DNA of 64,000 bases, taken from contig CAXXVS010000003.1 in the NCBI GenBank assembly GCA_963674755.2, forward strand, positions 2,739,925-2,803,924, given 5' to 3'. Position 1 is the stretch's first letter; the number at the start of each line of letters is the position of its first letter. The position numbers were made by a program, and so were the translations under genes. A model generated the notes under the pieces. That model was given only the letters and a program-made list of their open reading frames with translations, had not been told where the DNA came from and ran no database searches. Positions 10,837 through 20,386 of this stretch are shown here, piece after piece. The DNA is from Desulfobacterales bacterium (GTDB lineage Bacteria > Desulfobacterota > Desulfobacteria > Desulfobacterales > UBA5852).

Positions 10837-11559
10837 TTAAGCCTCCTTGGCCAGGGGACGTCCCAGGCCGATATTGGTCTTGCCGTTGGGCGCATACCAC
10901 ACACCGGCTTTGTCCAGATATTGATACGACGCTATATTTTCGTTTTCATCGGCCTTGCAGGCCACGCAAACCGTAAAGACGCTGTCTACCTTTCCGGCGA
11001 CATCCTTCAGGGCATCAAGCACATCGGGCAGGGCTTCCTGGGGAACGCAGAACTCCAGGATCGCCGAGAGCACCTTCTCGTTCAGCAGTTCGTCCTTGAA
11101 CTTGCCGGTGGCCGGATCGGACATCAGCGACGTCGTGGGGTTACAGACCTCGAATTGAACGCCGAAGGCCGCCATGGCCTGGGCGATCTTTTCGACATCC
11201 ACAAACCGCGTCCCGGTTACCGGTCGACCAACCTCGATACCGATTCCGACCTGACCTTCCCTGAAGCGTGCGGTTACCTCGTTGGTCTTCATCTCCTCGG
11301 TGCCGCGACCGCTGATACCGGATTCGGTGGCAATGGTCAATGGATCGCTGAGAATGCTGCGCACGGTGCGGGGGTACACCATTTCCTGCTGGTATAGGGC
11401 ATCCACCGGGCAATCCGCGCAGCGTAAACAACATCCGCATTCGGCACATTCATCCAGGTCGATCACCGCCGTATCATCCAGTGATATCGCCCCCACCGGA
11501 CAATAGGGCACGCACTGGCCGCATCCGACGCATAACTCCTGATCAATCTGCATTGTCAT
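10837..11559 (-). CDS. 2x[4Fe-4S] ferredoxin-domain protein with uncharacterised C-terminal domain (copy 1)
   Basis: CVGCGQCVPYCP and CAECGCCLRCADCP. Paralog of 27133..27894. AGGAGG RBS. Confidence 0.88.
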   Translation of the reverse strand: MTMQIDQELCVGCGQCVPYCPVGAISLDDTAVIDLDECAECGCCLRCADCPVDALYQQEMVYPRTVRSILSDPLTIATESGISGRGTEEMKTNEVTARFREGQVGIGIEVGRPVTGTRFVDVEKIAQAMAAFGVQFEVCNPTTSLMSDPATGKFKDELLNEKVLSAILEFCVPQEALPDVLDALKDVAGKVDSVFTVCVACKADENENIASYQYLDKAGVWYAPNGKTNIGLGRPLAKEA

Positions 11560-11627
11560 CCTCCTTGACGATTAACTTTAAGCTGTGGTCTAAACCCAGC
11601 CCCATTTCACCATGTTTCGCTCTTGGG

Positions 11628-12503
11628 TCATCTCTCGATCATGCGTTGCAGAACGCCCTGCAAAAGGGCCGAATCCTCGTTCGCCAATCCCTGACTCACC
11701 GCCATGTTGAAGTACTGGGCGGCAGCATTCGCCACGAGAAGCGGCAAGTTGTGTTCGCGGGAAGAGGTAACGACAATGTTGACGTCTTTCCAGAGCTGGC
11801 CCATACCGCCCGGCGAAGCCGATTGATCCAGAATTGCTTTTGACAAGAGGCGGAAATAGTCGTTGCCACCGATACCGCTGCCCACAACCTCGCAAACCTG
11901 CTTGGGGTCGGCGCCTGTCTTTTCGGCCAGCGCAATCAGTTCGATGGTGGCGGCGTGAATGGCACAGACCAGGAGCTGGTTGCAATGTTTGACCGCCTGG
12001 GCCATTCCGGGCATCGCCCCTGCGTTGGTAATCTTGCCGATCACTTCAAGATACGGGCGGGCCCGTTCCATGACGGCGGGTTGAGCGGCGCAGATGAGGG
12101 TCAGGGTGCCGTTGGCCACACGGGCCGGACCGCCCGTGAAGGGGCTGTCCACAAAGTCCACCTTCTTGGCGGTGCAGCGGTCATGGATTTCCTGCAAATT
12201 ACGCCGGTTGATCGTGCTCATGCAGATAACCAGATCGCCGGGCTTGGCACGCTGCAGGATGCCCTCAGGGCCACTGACAACCTCGAAGACCTGCTCATCG
12301 TTCAATACGATCACAATGACCACATTGGCCTTTTCAGCCACCTCTTGGGGGCTGGCGACGTGCAGGCCGCCCAGTTTTTCGAAAGCCGTGATGACCTCCG
12401 GCCGGCGCGCGTAGCCAATCACTTCATATCCGGCCTTGAGGAATCCTGCCGCGGCCGGCATACCGCAGCGTCCCAATCCGATGATCCCGATACGTTTCGT
12501 CAT
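11628..12503 (-). CDS. Beta-hydroxyacid dehydrogenase (tartronate semialdehyde reductase / 3-hydroxyisobutyrate dehydrogenase family)
   Basis: IGIIGLGRCG Rossmann motif, VICMST, FVDSPFTGG, catalytic K in VKHCNQ, KDV motif. Confidence 0.9.
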   Translation of the reverse strand: MTKRIGIIGLGRCGMPAAAGFLKAGYEVIGYARRPEVITAFEKLGGLHVASPQEVAEKANVVIVIVLNDEQVFEVVSGPEGILQRAKPGDLVICMSTINRRNLQEIHDRCTAKKVDFVDSPFTGGPARVANGTLTLICAAQPAVMERARPYLEVIGKITNAGAMPGMAQAVKHCNQLLVCAIHAATIELIALAEKTGADPKQVCEVVGSGIGGNDYFRLLSKAILDQSASPGGMGQLWKDVNIVVTSSREHNLPLLVANAAAQYFNMAVSQGLANEDSALLQGVLQRMIER

Positions 12504-12590
12504 TTTTTTCTCCTTTGGCCCGCAGTATCCCGGGCGAAACCTGGTCGGCAATCGCATGCGGGCCTGCGGTTTTGGTAACGATTGATTTGT

Positions 12591-13766
12591 CTAAGACCGT
12601 GAAGGGGCGGCCTTGACGACCCGGCCGCCTTGAATCACGGTTTGAACCTGACGCAACGCGGACACGTCCTGCAGCGGATCGCCTTCCACGCCGATGACAT
12701 CGGCCAGTTTGCCCTTTGCCAGGCGTCCGATGTCTTCTGCCAAACCGCAGAGCTCGGCCGCCCGTGTCGTTACACCGGCGATGGCATCGGCGGGCTTGGC
12801 CCCAAAGCCGACGACATGCGCCACCTCGACGGCCAATTGGCCATGCATACCGTCCGTGCCGATGGCCCAGCGGATGTCAGCGTTTGCGACCTGTGCCATA
12901 ACGGAAGCGACTTCGCTCCGTTGTTCGAGGTGAAGCTCCTGCAGGTTGCCGTGCAGGGTTTCCAAGCGCGCATCCGTGAAAAAGATGCTCGGGGTCAGTA
13001 CCAGCCAAGCCGGACCGCCGGCCATGACCGCGATCTGCTGCGGTGTCATGAAGTAGCCGTGCTCGATGACGTCAATGCCGCACGTGAGCGCCAGGTCCAG
13101 GCCGGGACCGCCGATACAGTGGGTGGCCACGGGAACGCCGGCGCGGTGGGCCTCGGCCACCAGCATTTTGACCTCGGCCTCCGAAAAGGTGCAGGGAAGG
13201 CCCTTGGGCCCTTTCAAGGAGCCGGTCAAATAGATTTTGATCAAGTCCGCGCCGGCCAGCAAGTTTTCGCGCACGACCGTCCGCAATTTCTCGGGCCCGT
13301 CAAAGGCATACCCCACAAAGCCATGGCCGTGCAGCGCGCGGATGCCCCGCGTGGCGACTTTCAGCCGTGGTCCTGAAAGTCGGCCCTCCTCCTGTGCCTT
13401 CCGGCAATGCACGTCCAGAAAGGCCTTGTCGCCCAGACAACGGGAGGTGGTCACCCCGCTCATCAGGTCCATTTCCATCGTTTGGACCGCCCGCAGGGTG
13501 AGTTCCGGCAGGGGGTCGTTCATGCCGAGAAGATAATTCGGCAGCTCGGGATCCAGGGAAAGATGGTTGTGGCAGTCGATCATGCCGGGCATCAGCGTCT
13601 GGCCCGGGCAGTCGATCACGTTTACGTCCGCGTCGGCCGCCGCCAGCGCTTCCCGCCCCAAACAAAGGATGCGCTCCCCGGCGATCAAAAGGGCGGCCGG
13701 CTCATCCCTCAGGTATTGCTCCCCGTCGTATAACGACTGGCCACGAATCAGCGTATGGTCCATCAT
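12591..13766 (-). CDS. Metal-dependent amidohydrolase family protein
   Basis: TLMPGMIDCHNH, SGVTT, GADLIKI, ATHC, IEHG, IGTDG and GKLADVI motifs. Confidence 0.9.
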   Translation of the reverse strand: MMDHTLIRGQSLYDGEQYLRDEPAALLIAGERILCLGREALAAADADVNVIDCPGQTLMPGMIDCHNHLSLDPELPNYLLGMNDPLPELTLRAVQTMEMDLMSGVTTSRCLGDKAFLDVHCRKAQEEGRLSGPRLKVATRGIRALHGHGFVGYAFDGPEKLRTVVRENLLAGADLIKIYLTGSLKGPKGLPCTFSEAEVKMLVAEAHRAGVPVATHCIGGPGLDLALTCGIDVIEHGYFMTPQQIAVMAGGPAWLVLTPSIFFTDARLETLHGNLQELHLEQRSEVASVMAQVANADIRWAIGTDGMHGQLAVEVAHVVGFGAKPADAIAGVTTRAAELCGLAEDIGRLAKGKLADVIGVEGDPLQDVSALRQVQTVIQGGRVVKAAPSRS

Positions 13767-13809
13767 TCTCCTCTTCCTTCAGGCGGCCTTGGCCACCCAT
13801 CTTTTCAAC

Positions 13810-15087
13810 TTATAGACCGGCCGGCCACATGGTCATGTGAGGAAAAAAGATGACCGCCAGGACAACGAGTACGATGGCGATCAGAAACCAGATAATGTCG
13901 CGGCTGACTTGCTCGATGGGCGTTTCCGCGATCAGGGCGGATATATACAACGTCTGCCCCACCGGCGGCGTGAACAGCCCCACGGCCAGCACCATGACGA
14001 TGACCACACCCAGTTGGACCGGATTCACCCCGAATTTCAGCGCCAGGGGATAGAGGATAGGCGTGAAGATCAGCAGGGAGGGGGCCAAATCCAAAAAACA
14101 GCCGGTAATCATCAGGACGCCGGCGATCGCCAGCAGAGCCACTGTACCATTCGGTAAAATGGCCTGTAATTCATTGCTGAGGACCACCGGAACCCGGCTG
14201 ATCATAATCAGGTAGGTGAGCATGAAGGAGGTGGCGATGAGAAACAGCACGACCCCGGTCATTTTGGCCGAGTCCACGATAATGCGATACAGCTGACCCA
14301 GGCTAATCCCCTTGTAGATAAAAAGCTCAATCAAAATCACGTACAACGCCCCAAAGATCGCGGCTTCCGTGGTGGTGTAAACACCGCCCAGGATGCCGCC
14401 CATTACGAGGATTGGCGTAATCAGGGCAGGAATACTTTTGATGAACTGACGGAAGATCTCCTGGCGGCAAGGACGTTCGGCGATATAATACTTGCGCTTG
14501 TAGCCCAGCCAGGCCGCGATCGCCATTTGCAGCCCCCCCACCAGGATTCCCGGGATGAGACCTGCCAGAAACATGTCGCGAATGGACACCTCGGTAATCC
14601 AGCCATAAAGAATCATGGGGATGCTGGGGGGGATGATGATGCCGATCGTGGAGGAAGCCGCATTAACCGCGGCGGCATAGCCTTTCCCATAGCCCCGTCG
14701 CGTCATTTCGGGAATGAGCACGGTACCGACACTGGAGGCGTCGGCTACGGCCGACCCGGAACAGCCACCGAAGAACATGCTGACCACGATGGATACCGAG
14801 GCCAGACCGCCCCATATGGAGCCAACCAGGGAGTTTGCCAGGTCCATCAGGTTTTTGCCCGAGCGCCCCTGATTGAGCGCGTTGCCCATCAGCACGAAAA
14901 AGGGCACGGCCATGATGGGCCAGGACTCCGTTGCCAGCGTCATACGATGCACCATGGCCTGTATGGGGATGCTCCCGCTGATGAGTCCGTAAAACAAGGC
15001 ACACATACCCACCGCAAAGGCCACGGGAATCCGCAAAAACATGGCAAAGAAGATAAAGCTGACGCCACAGATGATCACCACGTCCAT
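13810..15087 (-). CDS. dctM: TRAP transporter large permease
   Basis: AVPFFVLMG, FFGGCSGSAVADA, IIIPPSIPMI, TTTEAA and GLFTPPVG motifs; hydrophobic 425 aa. Confidence 0.95.
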   Translation of the reverse strand: MDVVIICGVSFIFFAMFLRIPVAFAVGMCALFYGLISGSIPIQAMVHRMTLATESWPIMAVPFFVLMGNALNQGRSGKNLMDLANSLVGSIWGGLASVSIVVSMFFGGCSGSAVADASSVGTVLIPEMTRRGYGKGYAAAVNAASSTIGIIIPPSIPMILYGWITEVSIRDMFLAGLIPGILVGGLQMAIAAWLGYKRKYYIAERPCRQEIFRQFIKSIPALITPILVMGGILGGVYTTTEAAIFGALYVILIELFIYKGISLGQLYRIIVDSAKMTGVVLFLIATSFMLTYLIMISRVPVVLSNELQAILPNGTVALLAIAGVLMITGCFLDLAPSLLIFTPILYPLALKFGVNPVQLGVVIVMVLAVGLFTPPVGQTLYISALIAETPIEQVSRDIIWFLIAIVLVVLAVIFFPHMTMWPAGL

Positions 15088-15144
15088 AGTTTCAATACCT
15101 ATCTATTTCGACCGAAACGGTTGGCGGTTAGAATTGATCTGCTT

Positions 15145-15669
15145 TCAGAGACTTTCCTGGCCCGGCATTTGATCTCGCCCATCTTCGGGGAGCTTCGGGT
15201 TTTTGGTCATTATCTTCTCGATGATAAAAAGGGCGAACAGGATGCATGAAACCGGTATGCCTACATAACAGCTTGCCTTGGAAACCTTCATGACCACAAA
15301 GGTGCTGTTGCGTGCCGCCAAGGTCATCAGTCCTTCATAGTAGCCAAGGGTCAATACGAACCCCAAAGACAGGACCAGATTGATGTAATAGATCGCAAAC
15401 CGCACTTTTTTGGGAAAAAGGGCTACGATAAAATCCACGCTAAGATGGCTTCCGTCGCGATAGGCAATGGCCGCTGCCAGAAAGCTGACCCACAGGAACA
15501 AAAATATGGGCAACTCCTCACCCCAGCCAAATGCGAGGTTGAAGAAATACCGCGCAATGACCTGAACGGTTACGCTTAAACAAAGCAGGATAAACAAGAT
15601 GGCGGTTAATAGTTCGGCAAGTTTGTAAACGATGTCGAAGGTACTTTTCCGTTTGCTTTGGGTTTCCAT
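15145..15669 (-). CDS. dctQ: TRAP transporter small permease
   Basis: QVIARY, WGEEL and HLSVD motifs; four hydrophobic segments; lies between dctP and dctM. Confidence 0.93.
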   Translation of the reverse strand: METQSKRKSTFDIVYKLAELLTAILFILLCLSVTVQVIARYFFNLAFGWGEELPIFLFLWVSFLAAAIAYRDGSHLSVDFIVALFPKKVRFAIYYINLVLSLGFVLTLGYYEGLMTLAARNSTFVVMKVSKASCYVGIPVSCILFALFIIEKIMTKNPKLPEDGRDQMPGQESL

Positions 15670-15838
15670 CGGTTGTCCTATGCCATGGACTGCTGGCCGG
15701 AAGGGATTTTCAGAGGCGAGACGCTATCGTCTCGATCTCCTCACGGGCCCCGATCCGGGAGAACCAGGGCCCGTCAAGCGGGCTTTGTGTTTACGTCGCC
15801 GATAAAACCAATTGAACGCTGAGTATTTGAATTCGGAA

Positions 15839-16894
15839 TTACTGGGCTTCGATGCCGATATAAGAACCTTCTTCGGGATATTGTTTTCGAACGGTTTCCA
15901 CTCTTTTCAAGATATCATCCACCTTATCGGTGCCCCATTTGTCACGGGCCCAGGTATAGACCTGCTGAACGGATTCTCGGAAGGGGGTCAGATCAGGGAT
16001 ATCGTTGATTTGCATGCCGGCTTCTTCCATCGCGGCCCGCTGATTGCCCTCGTTGGCCAAAACCTTCTTACGCATGAAAGCCGCGGTTTCCAAGGCAACC
16101 TGCTTGATGGCTTTACGCTGCTCTTCGTTCAATGTCTGCCACCGCTGCTCACTGAAGATGAGGGGCAGGGTGCTGTACTGGTGCTTGGTTAAGGACATGT
16201 ACTTCTGCACTTCATAAAACTTGGAAGCGTAGATATTCATGAAAGGATTCTCCTGGCCGTCCACCACGCCCGACCCCAAGGCGGTGTAAAGCTCGGAATA
16301 CGCCATCGGCACGGCGTTGGCCCCCATGGCGGATATGATCTTGATCGACATCTCGGATTTGACCACACGCACCTTGAGTCCCTTCATGTCTTGTACGGTG
16401 AAGATGGGGCGCTTGGAGTTGGTCATGTGGCGGAAACCATTATCCCATGTGGCCAGATAGCGGATACCCTTTGCCTGCAGAGGCTTGTATATTTGGGCGA
16501 CGAAATCGGAGTCCATGAAAGCATAGGCTTGCGCATAGTTGTCAAACAGGTAGGGCAGTTCGATCAATTCCTGTGTTCGATTATCGTCGAAAACCGACAC
16601 TAAACCAGCGGTCGTAGGATAAATATCCAGCGCCCCCGTTGCGACCATCTCCTGGCATTGCGTGTGCGTGCCCATCTGGCCGGCGGGGTATACTTCCACC
16701 TTGAGATCGCCATTGGTAAGCTTCTCCAACCGTTCCGCGAAATACAGGGCGGCCTCGTGCCGAATGTTGGTGGTGGACTCTGAATGGGCGAACCTGAGGG
16801 TGGTGGCCGCTTGCGACGGCTGGACCATTGCCAGCATCCCCAACAGAATGATCCCGCCAACAGCGAATACCGCAATGCCTTTCAATCCTCTCAT
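15839..16894 (-). CDS. dctP: TRAP transporter periplasmic solute-binding protein
   Basis: Signal peptide, LPYLF, NGFRH, DMKGLKVRV (carboxylate-binding Arg) and ELYTALGSGVVDGQENP. Confidence 0.95.
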   Translation of the reverse strand: MRGLKGIAVFAVGGIILLGMLAMVQPSQAATTLRFAHSESTTNIRHEAALYFAERLEKLTNGDLKVEVYPAGQMGTHTQCQEMVATGALDIYPTTAGLVSVFDDNRTQELIELPYLFDNYAQAYAFMDSDFVAQIYKPLQAKGIRYLATWDNGFRHMTNSKRPIFTVQDMKGLKVRVVKSEMSIKIISAMGANAVPMAYSELYTALGSGVVDGQENPFMNIYASKFYEVQKYMSLTKHQYSTLPLIFSEQRWQTLNEEQRKAIKQVALETAAFMRKKVLANEGNQRAAMEEAGMQINDIPDLTPFRESVQQVYTWARDKWGTDKVDDILKRVETVRKQYPEEGSYIGIEAQ

Positions 16895-17000
16895 TTTCCA
16901 ATCCTCCCTATTTGATTGAGTGAGTTGGGCACCGAATGAGCGCAACTTTAGACAAAACGTCAGATAAAACATCAAAAATTATTTGCGCTCATGTGTTACG

Positions 17001-17015
17001 GTATTCGTGTATACA
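17001..17015. promoter_or_regulatory. Candidate GntR/FadR operator overlapping the dctP promoter
   Basis: GTATTCGTGTATACA matches 14/15 with the site at 18496-18510. Minus-strand TTGACT at 17037-17032. Confidence 0.5.
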
Positions 17016-17452
17016 TAGCTGGCAGCGGCAAAGTCAAGAGGAAACTAGCCGGGCGATACCCTCCGGCAAACCCGGCTAATCCCCTCAGAAGTATCATTCG
17101 ATCAGATCGACGCTGACACGACGGTCAGGCCCGTTTTGTTGTTCCCAGGGCCTCTCGATTCGTTGCCGCAATTCACGTTTTGTATTTGCGCCGGAATCAT
17201 CGATATGAGGGCGCATGGCCAATTCCGTGCATCACGAACGGAATTCGACGTTGAACGGGCCATCCCGTCAGATCCATGGGGGCCCGTTGCCCTCGCATTA
17301 AACCATCAGATCGCTTGACCAGAGGGAGGGCCTTATGTATATGTGTATTCATAAAAACAATGCCAACGCATGATGCCCCTTTGTTCCGGCGCATCCCGGC
17401 GTCCATGAAGGGGATACCCAAAACCTTAACCAATTTTGAGTAATATCAGGAA

Positions 17453-18148
17453 ATGATAACCAATAAAAATGCCCTTCCCATAATGCCTTCCCGTTCCATT
17501 GCGGATCAGATCTACGAGCGCACCAAGCGCGATATCCTCAACGGCGTTATCAAACCCGGCCAGCGGCTGCATGAGGTTGATGTCGCCAATGCCGTCTCGG
17601 CCAGCCGCACGCCGGTTCGGGAGGCCTTCCGTCGACTGGAGCAGGAAAATCTGGTGGAGCGGGTGGCCCGGGGTGGCGTGCGTGTCATCCAGTTGGAATG
17701 GGAGGCGGTAAAGGATCTGTACGATCTGCGAACCGTCCTGGAGACGTATGCCATTAAACTGGCTTGTGAAAAAATCACTTCTGAACAAATCGTCACCCTT
17801 AAACAGATCAAGGCCCAGGCCATGGAGTTGCTAAGCTCTCCGGAACTTAGCAGCGACTACGTGTTCAGTCGTTTTATGGATCTTAACGCCCAGTTCCACG
17901 AAACCATCTATCAAGCCACCGGTTCGCATTTTCTGATGGTCATTATCAATCAATTAAGGGGCATCGTTCAAGTCATGCGGTCCATGAGCCTGCAGGTCGA
18001 ACAATCATCCACCCGTGCCTGGGCAGAACACAACCGCCTGATCCAATACCTGGAAAAACACGATGTCCAATCCGCTCAGGATCTGATTCAACAGCACGTG
18101 CAGAACGCCGCCCAGGAAGTTCTTTCGGTCATGAAACGCAAAACATGA
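17453..18148 (+). CDS. GntR-family (FadR/FCD) transcriptional regulator
   Basis: PGQRL, SRTPVREA helix-turn-helix, FH and EH motifs of the FCD domain. Confidence 0.95.
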   Translation: MITNKNALPIMPSRSIADQIYERTKRDILNGVIKPGQRLHEVDVANAVSASRTPVREAFRRLEQENLVERVARGGVRVIQLEWEAVKDLYDLRTVLETYAIKLACEKITSEQIVTLKQIKAQAMELLSSPELSSDYVFSRFMDLNAQFHETIYQATGSHFLMVIINQLRGIVQVMRSMSLQVEQSSTRAWAEHNRLIQYLEKHDVQSAQDLIQQHVQNAAQEVLSVMKRKT

Positions 18149-18474
18149 TCAAGCGCCAAAACACCATAATCTGATTCGCGCCACTCCCCTCGAACCGAAA
18201 AATCCCCCCGGTACCTACCCAAGGTCAGCGGAATGAAAAGCGTCTGGTTATGCATCCGCTGACACCCAGGCCGGCGTCTCACCGGACGACGAACCCTGTC
18301 GTCACGTCCGATGCCGCCCGCCCGATGAAGCTTCCAAGACAGCCGGCGAGCCCTCCCCTGAGTTCCCTAAGACATCTGTAACGGACACGGACGAAGACAA
18401 CGACGCAATGAACGTTTGAATGCTCCGCCCAAAGAGCATTACCGGTCGATGTGCTGCCGTGGGTCAAAAAATGA

Positions 18475-18515
18475 TTGACAGGGATTTGGATTCCTGTATT
18501 CTTGTATACAAGAAT
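18475..18515 (+). promoter_or_regulatory. Sigma70-type promoter with overlapping perfect 18-bp palindromic operator
   Basis: TTGACA at 18475-18480. ATTCTTGTATACAAGAAT (18498-18515) is its own reverse complement and covers the expected -10 region. Confidence 0.7.
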
Positions 18516-18552
18516 GCTGAATATCGATTTCATCATCTGAAATCAGCGGGCC

Positions 18553-19275
18553 ATGGGGGTTGAAATGATCGGGAGAACCGGAAGAAAGATCTATTCGATT
18601 GAAGTTCCGCGATCCATGTCGGACCAGGTTTATCAAATCCTTCGCGACGCGATAATGGCCAACGAATTCAGGCCTGGAGACCGTTTGGTGGAACTGCAGC
18701 TGGCCGAGCTCTTAAAAGCCAGCCGTACCCCGATTCGGGAAGCGATCCGACGACTGGAACATGATGGCCTGGTCGAGCGTCTGCCTCAGGGAGGCGTCCG
18801 AGTGAAACCGGTGACCATCGAATCGGTGCGACAGGTCTATGGGTTGCGAGGGGTGCTGGAGGCTTACGCGGTCATCCAGGCCTGCGACCGGATCACCGAG
18901 GAGGATTTTTCCGCGCTGGACCAGATCCGGAATCAAGCCCTTGAATTGATGAAAAACAAAACGATGGACAGCGTCGAAAAAACACACAGGATTTTGGCCC
19001 TCAACACGGACTTTCATGACACGCTGAATCAGCTCTGTGAAGATGCCTACCTGCTCAAGATGCTGGATGTGGTGCATCAGGAAGTGGTTCGTATGAGAGG
19101 CTTGGCCCTTCAGGACAAAGCCAACTGGGAAGAGGTTTGGGATCAACATAAGGAACTGCTGAAGCTAATGCGGACCGGCGAGAAGAAAAAACTGGATGAA
19201 TTCGTGAAATATCATGCCGCCAGGGGCGCGGAATACGTCATGAATGCCCTTAAGAAGACCCACAAAACGGATTAG
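18553..19275 (+). CDS. GntR-family (FadR/FCD) transcriptional regulator
   Basis: PGDRL, SRTPIREA and FH motifs. Start could be 18565. Confidence 0.95.
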   Translation: MGVEMIGRTGRKIYSIEVPRSMSDQVYQILRDAIMANEFRPGDRLVELQLAELLKASRTPIREAIRRLEHDGLVERLPQGGVRVKPVTIESVRQVYGLRGVLEAYAVIQACDRITEEDFSALDQIRNQALELMKNKTMDSVEKTHRILALNTDFHDTLNQLCEDAYLLKMLDVVHQEVVRMRGLALQDKANWEEVWDQHKELLKLMRTGEKKKLDEFVKYHAARGAEYVMNALKKTHKTD

Positions 19276-19340
19276 CGCTCGCGGCGGGCATGGGCACGAC
19301 GCTGAAGCCGGTACCTTCATCAACCACAAGGAGGAACACA

Positions 19341-20318
19341 ATGGACCGAAGACACGCTTGGATCTGGATCGCAACGCTGATTGCCCTCTTCTGCCTGGCA
19401 GGGTGGACGACTGTGTCGGCCGGACAATGGCCGACGGAAACACTCGAAATCGTTGTCCCCTGGAAGGCCGGCGGCGGAAGCGACACCATGGCCCGTTTTA
19501 TCGCCAAATCCATCAAGGACAACAATCTCTGTGCAGAACCTGTCGTTGTGGTCAACAAACCGGGCGGAAACGCCCAAATCGGCTCAGCTTACGTGATGAG
19601 CAAGACCGGTGATCCCAATATTTGGATGACGCTTTCTTCCGCGCAGATTCTCAGCCCCATCGCCGGCATGGGAACGATCAAGGCTTCGGATCTGACCCCC
19701 CTGGCCCAAATGGCAGCGGACAGCTTCATTCTGGTGGTCAAGGCCGACTCCAAGTACAAGACCGTCGACGATGTGGTGGCCGCCGCCAAAGCCAATCCGG
19801 GCAGTATCAACATTGGCGGGACCGGTCGTGGCGCCGACGATCATCTGTGTACATTTCTCCTGGAGAGCGCTGCCGGGATCAAGCTGAACTATATCGCCTT
19901 TAGCGGCGGCGGGGAGGTCATGAGCAACCTGCTGGGCGGTCATATCGACATGGCCTGGGCCAACCCGAACGAATGCCTCAGCCAGGTCGAAGGCGGTCTG
20001 GTGCGGACGATTGCCGTCACCACGCAAGAGCGTCTGGGCGGTACTATGGACTGCCCCACATTCCAGGAAGCCGGATACGATGTGGTCTTCATCGGTGTCC
20101 GTGGTATCCAGGGGCCACCGAATATGCCGGAAGCGGCCGTTAAGGCCAGCATCGATTTGCTGCGCAAGGCCAGCGCAACGGCGGAATGGCAAAAAGGCTA
20201 CATCGAGGCCAAATATCTGCAGCCCAAATTTATTGCCGGCGAGGATTATCGGAAGGTCATCGAACGCAATGAGGAGATTGCCAAGAAAGCCCTGAAAGAG
20301 ATGGGCATTATTAAATAA
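19341..20318 (+). CDS. tctC: Tripartite tricarboxylate transporter substrate-binding protein
   Basis: Signal peptide, IVVPWKAGGGSD, VVNKPGG and FSGGGEVMSNLLGGHID. AGGAGG RBS. Confidence 0.93.
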   Translation: MDRRHAWIWIATLIALFCLAGWTTVSAGQWPTETLEIVVPWKAGGGSDTMARFIAKSIKDNNLCAEPVVVVNKPGGNAQIGSAYVMSKTGDPNIWMTLSSAQILSPIAGMGTIKASDLTPLAQMAADSFILVVKADSKYKTVDDVVAAAKANPGSINIGGTGRGADDHLCTFLLESAAGIKLNYIAFSGGGEVMSNLLGGHIDMAWANPNECLSQVEGGLVRTIAVTTQERLGGTMDCPTFQEAGYDVVFIGVRGIQGPPNMPEAAVKASIDLLRKASATAEWQKGYIEAKYLQPKFIAGEDYRKVIERNEEIAKKALKEMGIIK

Positions 20319-20328
20319 GTTTTATTAG

Positions 20329-20363
20329 AAACGGCCGGACGGGAATAGTCCTCCGGCCGTTTC
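20329..20363 (+). other. Intercistronic hairpin after tctC (mRNA stabiliser or partial terminator)
   Basis: AAACGGCCGGA...TCCGGCCGTTT inverted repeat. Confidence 0.5.
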
Positions 20364-20386
20364 TCTTCTACCAAAAGGATTGCATC

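Noticed and set aside
17040..18470. Long intergenic stretches around GntR-1, and the rny leader at 50130-50400, as possible riboswitches or sRNAs
   Set aside because: Only generic GC hairpins; no riboswitch consensus that I can recognise.
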